A DNA stretch of 53,114 nucleotides from Gemmatimonadaceae bacterium (GTDB taxonomy: Bacteria > Gemmatimonadota > Gemmatimonadetes > Gemmatimonadales > Gemmatimonadaceae), in NCBI GenBank assembly GCA_044224875.1, contig JBGAJQ010000035.1, positions 1-53,114 on the forward strand, in the 5' to 3' direction. Of the stretch, positions 29,041-39,068 are shown one piece after another; positions within the stretch are counted from its first letter, which is position 1, and every line of letters begins with the position of its first letter. The position numbers and the translations under genes were made by a program. The notes beneath the pieces are model-generated. The model saw only the letters and a program-made list of their open reading frames with translations, made no database searches and had not been told where the DNA came from.

Positions 29041-29073
29041 GCGACATCGGCGCTACGAGTGACACGCGATCAC

Positions 29074-29094
29074 CCCGGCCCGCAACGGGCCGGG
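29074..29094 (+). terminator. Hairpin downstream of hsp20
   Basis: CCCGGCCCG-caa-CGGGCCGGG; no U-tract. Confidence 0.45.
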
Positions 29095-29141
29095 AGGCGG
29101 TCTGGATCGCACATCGGTGCGCGACGCGCTAAGCTCCGCGC

Positions 29142-29558
29142 ATGACGATTCGTATTGCCGTTGGTTCAGACCTCGTGTTCCATGCACGGCTCGAGAAGGA
29201 GTTGGCGCCGCGCACGTGCACCGCATTCACGCGACTCCTCCCGTTCAAGCAGCGGCTGATCCAGGCCAGGTGGAGTGGCGAAGCCGCGTGGATTCCTCTG
29301 GGTGGGTTCGTACTTGGCGACGTGGGTCTCGAGAATCCAACGAGCCACCCATCGCCGGGTGAGATCCTGTTCTATCCCGGCGGCTACAGCGAAACGGAGA
29401 TTCTCTTTCCGTACGGCCACGCCATGTTCAGCAGCAAAATCGGGCAGCTGGCCGGCAATCACTTCCTCACGGTCGTCGACGGCAGGGATCAACTGAGCGA
29501 GGTGGGTCGTCGTGTGCTTTGGGAAGGCGCCCAGGAGGTCGTGTTCGAGATCGGGTAG
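29142..29558 (+). CDS. DUF3830 family (cyclophilin-like fold) protein
   Basis: APRTCTAF..RWSGEA.WIP..ENPTSHPSPGEILFYPGGYSETEIL..GQLAGNHFLT. Confidence 0.85.
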   Translation: MTIRIAVGSDLVFHARLEKELAPRTCTAFTRLLPFKQRLIQARWSGEAAWIPLGGFVLGDVGLENPTSHPSPGEILFYPGGYSETEILFPYGHAMFSSKIGQLAGNHFLTVVDGRDQLSEVGRRVLWEGAQEVVFEIG

Positions 29559-29736
29559 CGTGCGGCCTTCGATTGCCCGGCGCTGCTATTCCCCGTGCTT
29601 CTGACAGGAAGCTCTACGGCGCCCGGTTGCCAGGACGTCGTGACGGCAAAGCCCACCTCCCCAAAACCCAACTCGTCACGCTGGTGACGGTAGACGCCCG
29701 GCAGGCGCGCCGTGAAAGGACGGAACGCGCCGCCAA

Positions 29737-30798
29737 TTATGCGGGACGCGCTCGCTCGTATTGGGGGGGCCACGGCGTGCGTACGCCAAGGGTGTGCGCG
29801 GCCAACAGCGGCCAGTGCGGCTGTCGGAGCATCTCGCGGGCCAGAAGAATGACGTCCGCCGATCCCTCGCGGATGATGGTGTCGGCCTGATCCGGCTGCG
29901 TAATCAACCCGACGGCGGCCGTTGGAATCTGTGCGTCAGCTCGAACGCGTCGGGCGAACTGCACCTGATAGCCCGGGCCGAACGGGACCTTGGCGGTGGA
30001 CGCCAGTCCGCCGCTGGAACAGTCGACCAGGTCGACTCCCTCCGACTTCACCCGCTTTGCCAGCTCCACCGATTGATCGGGGTCCCAGCCACCTTCACTC
30101 CAGTCCGTGGCAGAGATGCGCAGGAAAAGGGGCAGCCGCTCGGGCCACACCGTTCGAACGGCGCGCACTACCTCCAGGGTGAGGCGCAGTCGGTTTTCCA
30201 GTGAACCCCCATACGCGTCGGTTCGATGATTCGACAGCGGTGACAAGAACTCGTGCAATAGATAGCCGTGCGCGCCGTGCAACTCGATGACCTGAAAGCC
30301 CGCAGCTAGCGCACGTGACGCCGCATCTCGAAAGGATGTGATGAGGCTGGCGATCTGCTCCGACGTCAACTCATGCGGCATGGGATACGTGTCGGAAAAC
30401 GCAATGGCGCTTGGTGCGACGACTTCCCAGCCACCGTCTTGAGGGGTGACGGCGCCTTGCCCTTCCCACGGACGCTTTGTGGAAGCCTTGCGGCCAGCGT
30501 GTGCGAGCTGGATCCCAGGCGACGCACCGTGCCTGGCGACGAATTCCGTTATGCGTCGCAGCATGGGGACGTGATCGTCCTTCCAGATGCCCTGGTCCCA
30601 CGGACTGATCCGGCCTTCAGGGGTAACTGCGGTTGCCTCGCAGAAGACAAGACCGGCTCCCCCGACCGCAAAGCCGCCGAGGTGAACGAAATGCCAATCG
30701 TTCGCAAAACCATCGCTGCTGGAGTACTGACACATCGGCGAAACGCCAATGCGATTGCGGAAGGTGACGCCTCGAAGCGTAAGCGGCTCAAATAGCAT
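29737..30798 (-). CDS. NADH:flavin oxidoreductase, Old Yellow Enzyme YqjM/NamA type
   Basis: NRIGVSPMCQYS, IQLAHAGRKAS, HGAHGYLLHEFLSPLSNHRTDAYGGS, RISATDW, PPQYERA. Confidence 0.95.
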   Translation of the reverse strand: MLFEPLTLRGVTFRNRIGVSPMCQYSSSDGFANDWHFVHLGGFAVGGAGLVFCEATAVTPEGRISPWDQGIWKDDHVPMLRRITEFVARHGASPGIQLAHAGRKASTKRPWEGQGAVTPQDGGWEVVAPSAIAFSDTYPMPHELTSEQIASLITSFRDAASRALAAGFQVIELHGAHGYLLHEFLSPLSNHRTDAYGGSLENRLRLTLEVVRAVRTVWPERLPLFLRISATDWSEGGWDPDQSVELAKRVKSEGVDLVDCSSGGLASTAKVPFGPGYQVQFARRVRADAQIPTAAVGLITQPDQADTIIREGSADVILLAREMLRQPHWPLLAAHTLGVRTPWPPQYERARPA

Positions 30799-30970
30799 GA
30801 AGGAGAAGATGGGGGCTGTTCGCAGCTGAACCAGTCCCGGCAGATGACGGCGAGTGGCGCGAGCGGAATGCACCGTAGGGATCGCGCGGTTTCAGTTGTG
30901 GTATTAGCGATAGCCCGTCGGTAAGGTTCGGAGTAGGGTGGCGGGGTGACCGATGTAAGCGGAGGAAGAC

Positions 30971-31453
30971 ATGCACAACAAACTTGGAGTTGGTCGCGCG
31001 ATCTTTGCGCTCGTGTTCGGGTTCGTGGCGGCGTGCAGCGGTACAAAGGGCGGCGCGGCGCCAATGCCAATTGGAGCACCCGTGGTGCTCGAAGCGAGAA
31101 ACAACGCATCGTTCGACATCGCGATCTACGCGGTGCCGTACGCGGCCGACGTCGCGATGCGCATTGGCACGATCGGCGCGTTTTCCGCGCGACAGATGGT
31201 GGTGCCAAGGTCGGCCATGCGGATGAACGACGGCCTGGTATTGCGCCTGCATGCAATTGGATCTCGGTATCAGTGGTCGACGCCGGAACTCAACGTCTCG
31301 TCGGGGCTCATGGCATGCCTCGACATTGTGTCGGACTACAGTGGCGAGCTGAGTCGGAGTGCGTTCTACAGCGTCATTCGCGAGGACACCACGGCCCGGC
31401 TTGCCGTGCCACGGGGGTTGTGTGGCGCGGAGGTGAGTTCAGGCGCCAAGTAA
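30971..31453 (+). CDS. Hypothetical lipoprotein
   Basis: GGAGGA SD, VAAC lipobox, beta-rich body; no family recognised. Confidence 0.65.
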   Translation: MHNKLGVGRAIFALVFGFVAACSGTKGGAAPMPIGAPVVLEARNNASFDIAIYAVPYAADVAMRIGTIGAFSARQMVVPRSAMRMNDGLVLRLHAIGSRYQWSTPELNVSSGLMACLDIVSDYSGELSRSAFYSVIREDTTARLAVPRGLCGAEVSSGAK

Positions 31454-31703
31454 GCTGACAATGGCGGTTCGCCGGCCGGGTTGGAGTCGCAGCCCCAGCC
31501 GCCTAACGCAATCGAGAGCGTCGCGGGGGTGCGCAGTCAGTATGGGTGCGCACCCCCGCGCACGTTGCAGCCGCGTCGGTTGCGAACTCGTAATGGCCGT
31601 CAAACGCCACAAGGGAGTCGCCGTCGCAACCGGGGCTTGTACCAACCAGTGGAAGGGAAGAGAATTGTGGGGTCTGCCATTCTTTCCCTTACCACTTTTC
31701 GCT

Positions 31704-32087
31704 ATGACGAACGCTGGCGGCACTCCGGGGGGCGGCGGCATGTTCCTCGCCGGACTCGTAATGCTTGCAGGAGGCAGTTACCTGCTGTTGGCGCATGTCA
31801 CGGTGGCGAGTGGCGTATGGCAGATCTGGGGGATGAATGCCTTTGGGCTGTCGCTGCTGCCCCTCCTCGTGGGAGTGGGGATGCTCTTCTTCAGCGGCAA
31901 GTCGGCGATTGGATGGCTGCTCACGATTGTTGGTGCGACGATCATCTTTGCGGGCATCCTGATGAACATGAGCATCTATTTCCGTCCGACCTCGCTGTTC
32001 GACACCTTGGTCATGTTGGTGCTCATTGCGGGAGGGCTCGGATTCATCGCGCGGTCGCTCAAGGCGATGCCCTCCCAGAAGGTCTGA
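31704..32087 (+). CDS. Small 4-TM membrane protein, function unknown
   Basis: AGGTPGG start, four hydrophobic helices, FRPTSLF. Confidence 0.78.
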   Translation: MTNAGGTPGGGGMFLAGLVMLAGGSYLLLAHVTVASGVWQIWGMNAFGLSLLPLLVGVGMLFFSGKSAIGWLLTIVGATIIFAGILMNMSIYFRPTSLFDTLVMLVLIAGGLGFIARSLKAMPSQKV

Positions 32088-32105
32088 GTTTCCCCCGGGG
32101 TGACG

Positions 32106-33401
32106 ATGCCGTCTCCCTTTGTTCAGATGGATGTTGACCTGACCTCGCTCCAAGCCGCGTCGCGGCTGGGGGTCGCGGCGCTGCTCGGCCTCGCGGTCGG
32201 TGCGGAGCGCGAGTGGTCCGGTCACGCGACCGGCCCCAATGCGCGTTTTGCGGGCCTTCGCACCTTCTTCCTCTTCGGGGTGCTCGGCGGCTCGGCTGGC
32301 CTGTTGCACGCGTGGGGATATTCGCTGGCAGCCGCTCCTCTGATTCTTGGCGGCGCGCTGTTCGTGGTCACGAGCTATGTGATGGCCGCCCTTCGGCCCG
32401 GCGCAGACCTGGATGGGACTACAGAGGCCGCCGCGTTCGTGGTGATTGGTCTGGGTGCATTGGCCGGAATTGGCCAGATCGGCTTGGCTTCGGGAGCGGC
32501 CGCGGTCGTGGTCTTTGCACTGGGGGAGAAGGCCCGCCTTCACTGGCTGGTGAAGCAGATCGGCGAGACGGAAATGCGGGCGGCCCTCCAATTCGCGGTA
32601 CTGGCGCTTGTGATCCTGCCTGTGTTGCCAGAAGGGCCCTATCTGCCCGTGATCGAACTTCGGCCGCGCATGTTGTGGGGAATCGTCGTGCTGCTGTCCG
32701 GGATCAACTTCGCGGGATACCTAGCGCGGCGAGCCGTCGGTGCGAGCCGCGGGTATGGCGTGGCCGGCATGATTGGCGGTGTCGTTTCCTCAACGGCGGT
32801 GACGCTGCAATTCTCCCGACTGAGTCACGAGAGCACGGAGCCGGGCGGGGCTCTTGCGGTCGGCGTGATCGGGGCATGCAGCGTCCTCCCCGTGCGCGTG
32901 GCGATCATCGCGACTGCTCTGGACTCTCGCGTTGGAGCCCAGCTCATGCTCCTCTTGCTCCCTTCGGCGGTCGTGGGATTCGGCATCGTGGCGGCCGCAT
33001 TGCGTCGTCAGGACGCCCTCGGGACGCAAGAGAATCTGGACGATGGAAGCCCACTCAAGCTACGCTCTGCCATTCAGATGGCGCTTCTGTTTCAAGTAGC
33101 GATGACGGCCCTATCGGTGACCGGGAGCTACTGGGGCGCCAAGGGGCTGACGGCGTCGGCAGTGCTACTCGGCCTGACGGACGTGGACGCCCTGACCGTC
33201 TCCATGTCGCAGACCGTGCGCGGAGGGATTGCGGCGTCCCTTGCCGCCCAGAGCATTGCCATCGGCATCCTCTCCAACACGGTCTTCAAGCTGGCTGTCT
33301 CATTGTTGGTCGGTCGCGGGCGCTACCGACCCTTTGCAACGATGGGCTTGGCCGCGATCGGCACGACGATACTGGTTACGGTGCTGTTACTCCGCAGTTA
33401 G
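32106..33401 (+). CDS. MgtC/SapB plus DUF4010 membrane protein
   Basis: GLAVGAERE, AGLRTF, GTTEAA, GGVVSSTAVT, GLTDVDA, SNTVFK. Confidence 0.9.
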   Translation: MPSPFVQMDVDLTSLQAASRLGVAALLGLAVGAEREWSGHATGPNARFAGLRTFFLFGVLGGSAGLLHAWGYSLAAAPLILGGALFVVTSYVMAALRPGADLDGTTEAAAFVVIGLGALAGIGQIGLASGAAAVVVFALGEKARLHWLVKQIGETEMRAALQFAVLALVILPVLPEGPYLPVIELRPRMLWGIVVLLSGINFAGYLARRAVGASRGYGVAGMIGGVVSSTAVTLQFSRLSHESTEPGGALAVGVIGACSVLPVRVAIIATALDSRVGAQLMLLLLPSAVVGFGIVAAALRRQDALGTQENLDDGSPLKLRSAIQMALLFQVAMTALSVTGSYWGAKGLTASAVLLGLTDVDALTVSMSQTVRGGIAASLAAQSIAIGILSNTVFKLAVSLLVGRGRYRPFATMGLAAIGTTILVTVLLLRS

Positions 33402-33789
33402 GCGATGCCAGTGGCGCGTTCCGGTGCGCCTCGTCACCGTGCGATTCGGCAAGAAGCGGCATCTTGTTCCTAACGGGTGCGGGTCTCGTCAGGCAGCGGA
33501 ACGACGAGGCGTGGACTGGGCGGGGACGTGGGGTTTAGCGCTTTCGCGCGGTTCGTTCGTGCGACAAAACCAGTTTGTTTCCCCGGGGCGTTTCGATGGT
33601 CAATGGAGAAATGGGAGTAGTCACGTCAGGGCGTTTGTTTTTGGGGCGTGCGGGGTGGTTGGAGGCGCTGGTTGCACCTGTCAGGCAATGTCCCTCTTCC
33701 GAAACGCCGGCGAATGCGCCATTCTCCTGCCCCCCGGAAACTGAACTGACGTTCGAGCGAGTGACTGGCATGTTGTCCGTAGAGGCTGT

Positions 33790-34521
33790 ATGAGCTTCAA
33801 ACTGGTGCGATGCGAAAAATGCGGAGCCAAGGCGCACGTTGCGGCGTCGCAGTGCCCCAAGTGCGGGCACATGCTCGAGCTACGCGATTCGCTCGGGAAG
33901 CCCATGCCGCTGTCTCACTGCCGGGGCTGCGACACCTACCATCGCCGTGATCGTGGCCCGTGCCGCTTTTGCGTTGGCGAGGCCGCACCGCCGCCACGAC
34001 GCGTGGCCCCGTTCGTCTGGTCTGGAGCCGCTGGGCTCATGCTCGTCGGGATGGGTTGGGGCATCTGGACGTTGCGAGGTCATGAGGTTCTGTCGCTTCC
34101 CGCTCCCAGTGTCGCGCTGGCTACGGTGGACACGGTAGGCACGCTGATTCCTGCCCCCACGACCACCGATTCGCTTCCGGTGACGGAAGTCACACTGCCC
34201 GCGGCAACCACGCCAGCGCCAGAGACCGTGCCTGCTCCGACCAACGTCGCGCCGCCGGATCGGAGTGTGGGGGAAGTCCGTATTTCCCAGGCCGTGATGA
34301 CGCGCGGGTCGGCGCACTGGGTGGTCGCAACGGCCAGGACGTGGGCGAACGTCCGTTCCGACGCCGACCGCGGCTCGAACGTGGTGGGCATCATCACGCC
34401 GGAAACGCGGGTTCAGCTTGGCGAAACTCGCGGAGGATGGCACCGGCTGCGGTCGGGGCGCATCGAGGGCTGGGTCGATCACCGGCTCTTTGCCATGGAG
34501 TCGCAGTCGATCGCGCGATAG
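33790..34521 (+). CDS. Double zinc-ribbon, TM, Pro/Thr linker, bacterial SH3 domain protein
   Basis: CEKC..CPKC and CRGC..CRFC, TM helix, PAPTT-rich linker, ANVRSDA..GWHRL..IEGWV. Confidence 0.8.
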   Translation: MSFKLVRCEKCGAKAHVAASQCPKCGHMLELRDSLGKPMPLSHCRGCDTYHRRDRGPCRFCVGEAAPPPRRVAPFVWSGAAGLMLVGMGWGIWTLRGHEVLSLPAPSVALATVDTVGTLIPAPTTTDSLPVTEVTLPAATTPAPETVPAPTNVAPPDRSVGEVRISQAVMTRGSAHWVVATARTWANVRSDADRGSNVVGIITPETRVQLGETRGGWHRLRSGRIEGWVDHRLFAMESQSIAR

Positions 34522-34569
34522 CGCGTAACGATCTCGCGTGGGTAGGCGCTCGGGCGCTACCTTCGCCCC

Positions 34570-37323
34570 ATGCGCACCCTTTTTGCCGCTGTTCTCCTGC
34601 TCGGAAGCACCGCGATCGGTGCCCAGCAGACGACACCTCCGCGCCGTGAGCTTCCCGATCCCGGAGTCATCGCCATAAACCAGCAGGTGAACCCGGCGGG
34701 CCTCCAGTCGGTGTTCGAAGGTCGCGTGACCGGCACGCGCTTCGCGGCAGAACCGGGGCATCTGTGGGTGGCGGTCACGGGTGGCGCATTCTTGCTGGAC
34801 TGGGCACAGAACCGGGTTGTCGCGCGGGTGGCGTTCGACGGTCGTGCGGGAGTGCACGGGGTAACGGTGGACCCCGTAACGGGGGCGGCGTACGTGTCAT
34901 CGGTAGGGAAGCTTCCGTCAGGGGCAACAAACAACCGGCTGCCGGGTTCGGGCGCCCTATCGGCAAGTGCCCTGACGCAACTGCATGTGATCCCGCCGAG
35001 TACGCGTGGTGATTCCAAGGCGGCGCGAACGTCTGGCGCGATTGGCGACTTCATGGCGGGCAATCCCGCGGTGGCCGCGCATGGCGGCACTGGATGGAAC
35101 GGCCGCCGGTTGGCGGTTGTCACGCTGCCCGCCAACGATCAGCTGGCGGTGCTGGACGCCGAACACGATAGCGTGCTGACCATGGTCCGTGTGGGTGTGG
35201 CGCCAATCGACGCCGTCATCTCCGCCGATGGGTCCACGGCGTGGGTGTCATCGTTAGGTGGACCGGCGCCGCGCGCGGGACAGCGCTCGGCCACCCAATG
35301 TTGCGATCCCCGGGCCGAACGGGTGCGGATAGACGCGCGTGGCCTTGCAGCCGGTGGCAGCGTGTCGCGCATCGACGTGTCGAGTGGGCGGGTGTCACTG
35401 ATCGTGGCCGTCGGGCGCCACCCCACGGGGTTGGCGTGGGACCAGGCGCGCGAACGGTTGTACGTGGCGGAAGGGAATGACGATGCCGTGGCCGTCGTCG
35501 ACACGCGTGCGGGACGACTGCTGGGACGCATCGCCATCAAGCCGTTCAAGGAGCGTCGTCTTGGCCTGGCGCCAACGGCGCTTGCCCTGGCCCCAGACGG
35601 TCGACGGCTGTATGTCACGTTAGGCGGGGTGAACGCCGTGGCCATTTATGGCCTCCCGGAGCGCAACCAGGACGCCCTCGGCGACCTGCAAGGCCTGATC
35701 CCAACAGGTTGGTATCCGACATCGGTGGATGCGAGCGCGGATGGGCGACACCTCGTGGTCGGGTCGTTGTTCGGCCGGGGGTCGGGGGATGGGAAGCCAG
35801 GCGGCGCCGGCGGCCGAACGGGGCGCTATGTGCACGCCTATCGTGGATCTGTGAACGTCATCGAACTCCCCAGCGAGTCGCAGCTGGCGGCATATACGAC
35901 GGCCGTGGCAGCGAACAACCGGCTGGTACTGCGCGGCGCGACCGAGGCCACCGGTTTCCCGGTCGTGGCGCGTAGTGGCGTGCCATCCCGCGCGGTCCCC
36001 GAGCGGCCCGGTGAACCATCGAACATCCAACACGTGGTGTTCATCATTCGCGAGAACCGCACGTACGACCAGGTGCTGGGAGACATTGGCAAGGGCGCGA
36101 GTGACAGTTCGCTCACCATGTACGGGCGCGAGGTGACGCCCAACACGCACGCACTCGCCGAGGAGTTCGTGCTGCTCGACCACTTCTTTGCGTCTGGGGG
36201 TAACTCAGCGGACGGTCACCAGTGGCTTACGCAGGCGAACGAGACGGAGTACCCCATGTGGCCGTTGTACGCGGGGCGGAGTTATCCGTCGGAGGGGAAT
36301 GACCCGCTGGCGTACTCCGCGGGCGGGTTCCTGTGGGAGACGGCACAGGCACGCGGACAGCGGGTGCAGGTGTTTGGCGAGTATGCGCCCGCACCATCCG
36401 ATTCACTGCCGAACGTGCGGTCAGGGCTCATGGAGGAGTGGCTTCGTCAGCCAAAACCGCCGTCGTCGTATTTCCGCGGCCTGCTCGCGAAGATGTATCG
36501 CACCAAGTCGGAGATTCCATCGCTGGATCGTGCCCTGGTGCGCGAGTACCCGGGGTGGACGCAAGAAGTCCCCGACGTGGTAAAGGCGGAAGTGGTGCTT
36601 GACCATGTGGGCGAATGGGAGCGGCAAGGCCGCATGCCCAACCTGGTGATGATCGTGCTACCCAGCGACCACACGGTGGGCACAAATCCCGGGTGGTGCA
36701 CACCGCGCGCCTGCGTGGCGGACAACGACTACGCGTTAGGCATGGTGGTCGACCGCCTGTCGCATACCCCCTTCTGGAAGTCCATGGCCATCCTGGTGGT
36801 CGAGGACGACGCGCAGGATGGGGTCGACCACATCGACGGGCACCGCACGGTGGCATTGGCCATCTCGCCGTGGGCGCGTCGCGGCGTGATCGACAGCACC
36901 TTCTACAACCAGCCCAGCATGGTCAAGACGATCGAACTGATGTTGGGGCTGCCGGCTCTCAGCTTGTTCGACTTGACGGCAACCGACATGCGGCGAGCGT
37001 TCCTGCCCGACGGAACAGCGCCTGACCTGCGACCGTACGTGGCGTTGGCGCCGCGCGTGGCGTTGGACGAGCGGAACGTGCGCGTGGGGGCGATCACGGG
37101 GCCGAACGCCGGCGCTCGGCGCGAGGCGGCCTTGGCGTCGAGTCGCATGCGTTTTGATATTCCCGACGCGGCGCCAACCGACCGGCTGAACCGCATTCTC
37201 TGGCACGAAGCCAAGGGATGGTCCGTGGCGTATCCGGGAGTGAAGCGCTCGTTGTTCTTTCCGCTATCTGTCGATCTCGACGACGACGAGCGAGAGGAGC
37301 GCAAGCGCGACTTGCGACCGTAG
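34570..37323 (+). CDS. YncE/YVTN beta-propeller fused to phosphoesterase (alkaline phosphatase superfamily) domain
   Basis: Signal peptide, VGRHPTG and IPTGWYP repeats, [50 protein letters not shown]. Confidence 0.88.
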   Translation: MRTLFAAVLLLGSTAIGAQQTTPPRRELPDPGVIAINQQVNPAGLQSVFEGRVTGTRFAAEPGHLWVAVTGGAFLLDWAQNRVVARVAFDGRAGVHGVTVDPVTGAAYVSSVGKLPSGATNNRLPGSGALSASALTQLHVIPPSTRGDSKAARTSGAIGDFMAGNPAVAAHGGTGWNGRRLAVVTLPANDQLAVLDAEHDSVLTMVRVGVAPIDAVISADGSTAWVSSLGGPAPRAGQRSATQCCDPRAERVRIDARGLAAGGSVSRIDVSSGRVSLIVAVGRHPTGLAWDQARERLYVAEGNDDAVAVVDTRAGRLLGRIAIKPFKERRLGLAPTALALAPDGRRLYVTLGGVNAVAIYGLPERNQDALGDLQGLIPTGWYPTSVDASADGRHLVVGSLFGRGSGDGKPGGAGGRTGRYVHAYRGSVNVIELPSESQLAAYTTAVAANNRLVLRGATEATGFPVVARSGVPSRAVPERPGEPSNIQHVVFIIRENRTYDQVLGDIGKGASDSSLTMYGREVTPNTHALAEEFVLLDHFFASGGNSADGHQWLTQANETEYPMWPLYAGRSYPSEGNDPLAYSAGGFLWETAQARGQRVQVFGEYAPAPSDSLPNVRSGLMEEWLRQPKPPSSYFRGLLAKMYRTKSEIPSLDRALVREYPGWTQEVPDVVKAEVVLDHVGEWERQGRMPNLVMIVLPSDHTVGTNPGWCTPRACVADNDYALGMVVDRLSHTPFWKSMAILVVEDDAQDGVDHIDGHRTVALAISPWARRGVIDSTFYNQPSMVKTIELMLGLPALSLFDLTATDMRRAFLPDGTAPDLRPYVALAPRVALDERNVRVGAITGPNAGARREAALASSRMRFDIPDAAPTDRLNRILWHEAKGWSVAYPGVKRSLFFPLSVDLDDDEREERKRDLRP

Positions 37324-37391
37324 GTTTTGCGTCATCTATTCCCGCGTCCGCCGCAACGCCGAGTAGCCCTCCTGCACTTGACGACCCTTCA

Positions 37392-39068
37392 ATGACCGGT
37401 GCGCCGCCGCCCTCCGAGGGCGACATCATCCTTGTCGCCAGCGGCGATTCGCGGCTGAGCGCGAATCGTGTATGCTGGCCCGCCCAGGCGGAACTCGAGG
37501 CAACCGTGGCGAAGGCGTTCGCCACGCTGGGGCGAAGTGTCACCCGCGGCCACGCCATGGATGCTGCCAAGGGCCACGGCTTCATTGATGGGCAGGCGCG
37601 TGGAATCGACGTCTTCCGCTCCATTCCGCTGGATGCGCCACTCGTTGTTGCCGAGGCGGTGTGGCAGTACACCAGCCACGTGTTGGCGGGTCTCACGAAG
37701 CATCGCGGCCCGATTCTCACCCTGGCGAATTGGAGCGGACAGTGGCCGGGATTGGTGGGCCTGCTGAACCTGAACGGCTCGCTCACAAAGGCTGGAGTGC
37801 GCTACAGCTCCATCTGGAGTGAGGACTTCACGGACGCGTTTGCGTTGGAGGCGCTCCGTGAATGGCTGCAAACGGGCCACATCGCGCACGACACGTCGCA
37901 CGCGCGCCCCGTGACGGGAGCAACGTTTGGTCCCGCCTACGCATTGGATCGCGCGCATGGCGAGCAGATGGGTGCAACCCTGCGCCGGGAGCAGGCGATT
38001 CTGGGCGTCTTTGACGAGGGGTGCATGGGGATGTACAACGCCATCATTCCCGATCAAGTGTTGCACCGGACGGGCGTTTTCAAGGAGCGCTTGAGCCAGA
38101 GCGCGCTCTTTGCCGCCATGCAGCGCGTGCCGGACGAGGTGGCGAACGCCCACTACGATTGGCTGCTGGAACGCGGGATGCACTTTGTGTTAGGCGCCGA
38201 TGAGTCCACCGAGTTGACGCGTCGTCAGGTGTTGGAGGGGCTCAAGATGTACGACGCCGCGGTTCGGATGGCGCACGAGTTCGGGTGTGCTGCCATTGGC
38301 ATCCAGTACCAGCAGGGACTGAAGGACACCTGTGTCGCAAGCGACCTGACGGAGGGGTTGCTGAACAATCCCGACCGGCCGCCCGTGATTGGAGCCGACG
38401 GGAGCACGCTGTTCGACGGGCGTGCGGTGCCGCACTTCAACGAAGTGGACGAATGTGCGGGCCTGGACGCGCTGATGACGGACCGGTTGTGGACGGACCT
38501 GGGATTTGACCCGTCGAACACGCTGCACGACGTGCGGTGGGGTGCGCCGGTGCAAGAGTCCGGAGTGAACGAGTTCGTGTGGGTGTTCGAGATTTCGGGT
38601 GCCGCTCCGGCCAGCCACTTCATCGACGGCTACGGGGGGGCCACGGGCGAGCGACAACCGCCGATGTACTTCCCCAAGGGAGGCTCCACGCTCAAGGGAG
38701 TGAGTAAGCCCGGCGAGATCGTCTGGAGCCGCATTTATGTGGCCGACGACCTGCTCTACATGGATATTGGTCGTGGCGGTGTGGTGCAGCTGTCGGAAGC
38801 GGAAACGCAGCGCCGCTGGGCCGCGACGACGTCCCAATGGCCGATCATGCACGCGGTCCTGTACGGCGTCACACGCAACCAGCTGATGGCCAAGCACCAG
38901 GCGAACCACATCCACGTGGCGTACGCACCGAGTGCCAATGACGCGCGGCGTGCCCTGGTGCGAAAGAGCGCCATGGCTCAGGCGTTAGGCATGCGCGTCA
39001 ACCTCTGTGGAGACTTCGAGGACGAATTGCACCGGCACCAGCCGTCCGCCAAGCGCCCCACCGCATGA
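37392..39068 (+). CDS. L-fucose isomerase-like sugar isomerase
   Basis: [53 protein letters not shown]; resembles the FucI fold family, substrate unproven. Confidence 0.78.
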   Translation: MTGAPPPSEGDIILVASGDSRLSANRVCWPAQAELEATVAKAFATLGRSVTRGHAMDAAKGHGFIDGQARGIDVFRSIPLDAPLVVAEAVWQYTSHVLAGLTKHRGPILTLANWSGQWPGLVGLLNLNGSLTKAGVRYSSIWSEDFTDAFALEALREWLQTGHIAHDTSHARPVTGATFGPAYALDRAHGEQMGATLRREQAILGVFDEGCMGMYNAIIPDQVLHRTGVFKERLSQSALFAAMQRVPDEVANAHYDWLLERGMHFVLGADESTELTRRQVLEGLKMYDAAVRMAHEFGCAAIGIQYQQGLKDTCVASDLTEGLLNNPDRPPVIGADGSTLFDGRAVPHFNEVDECAGLDALMTDRLWTDLGFDPSNTLHDVRWGAPVQESGVNEFVWVFEISGAAPASHFIDGYGGATGERQPPMYFPKGGSTLKGVSKPGEIVWSRIYVADDLLYMDIGRGGVVQLSEAETQRRWAATTSQWPIMHAVLYGVTRNQLMAKHQANHIHVAYAPSANDARRALVRKSAMAQALGMRVNLCGDFEDELHRHQPSAKRPTA

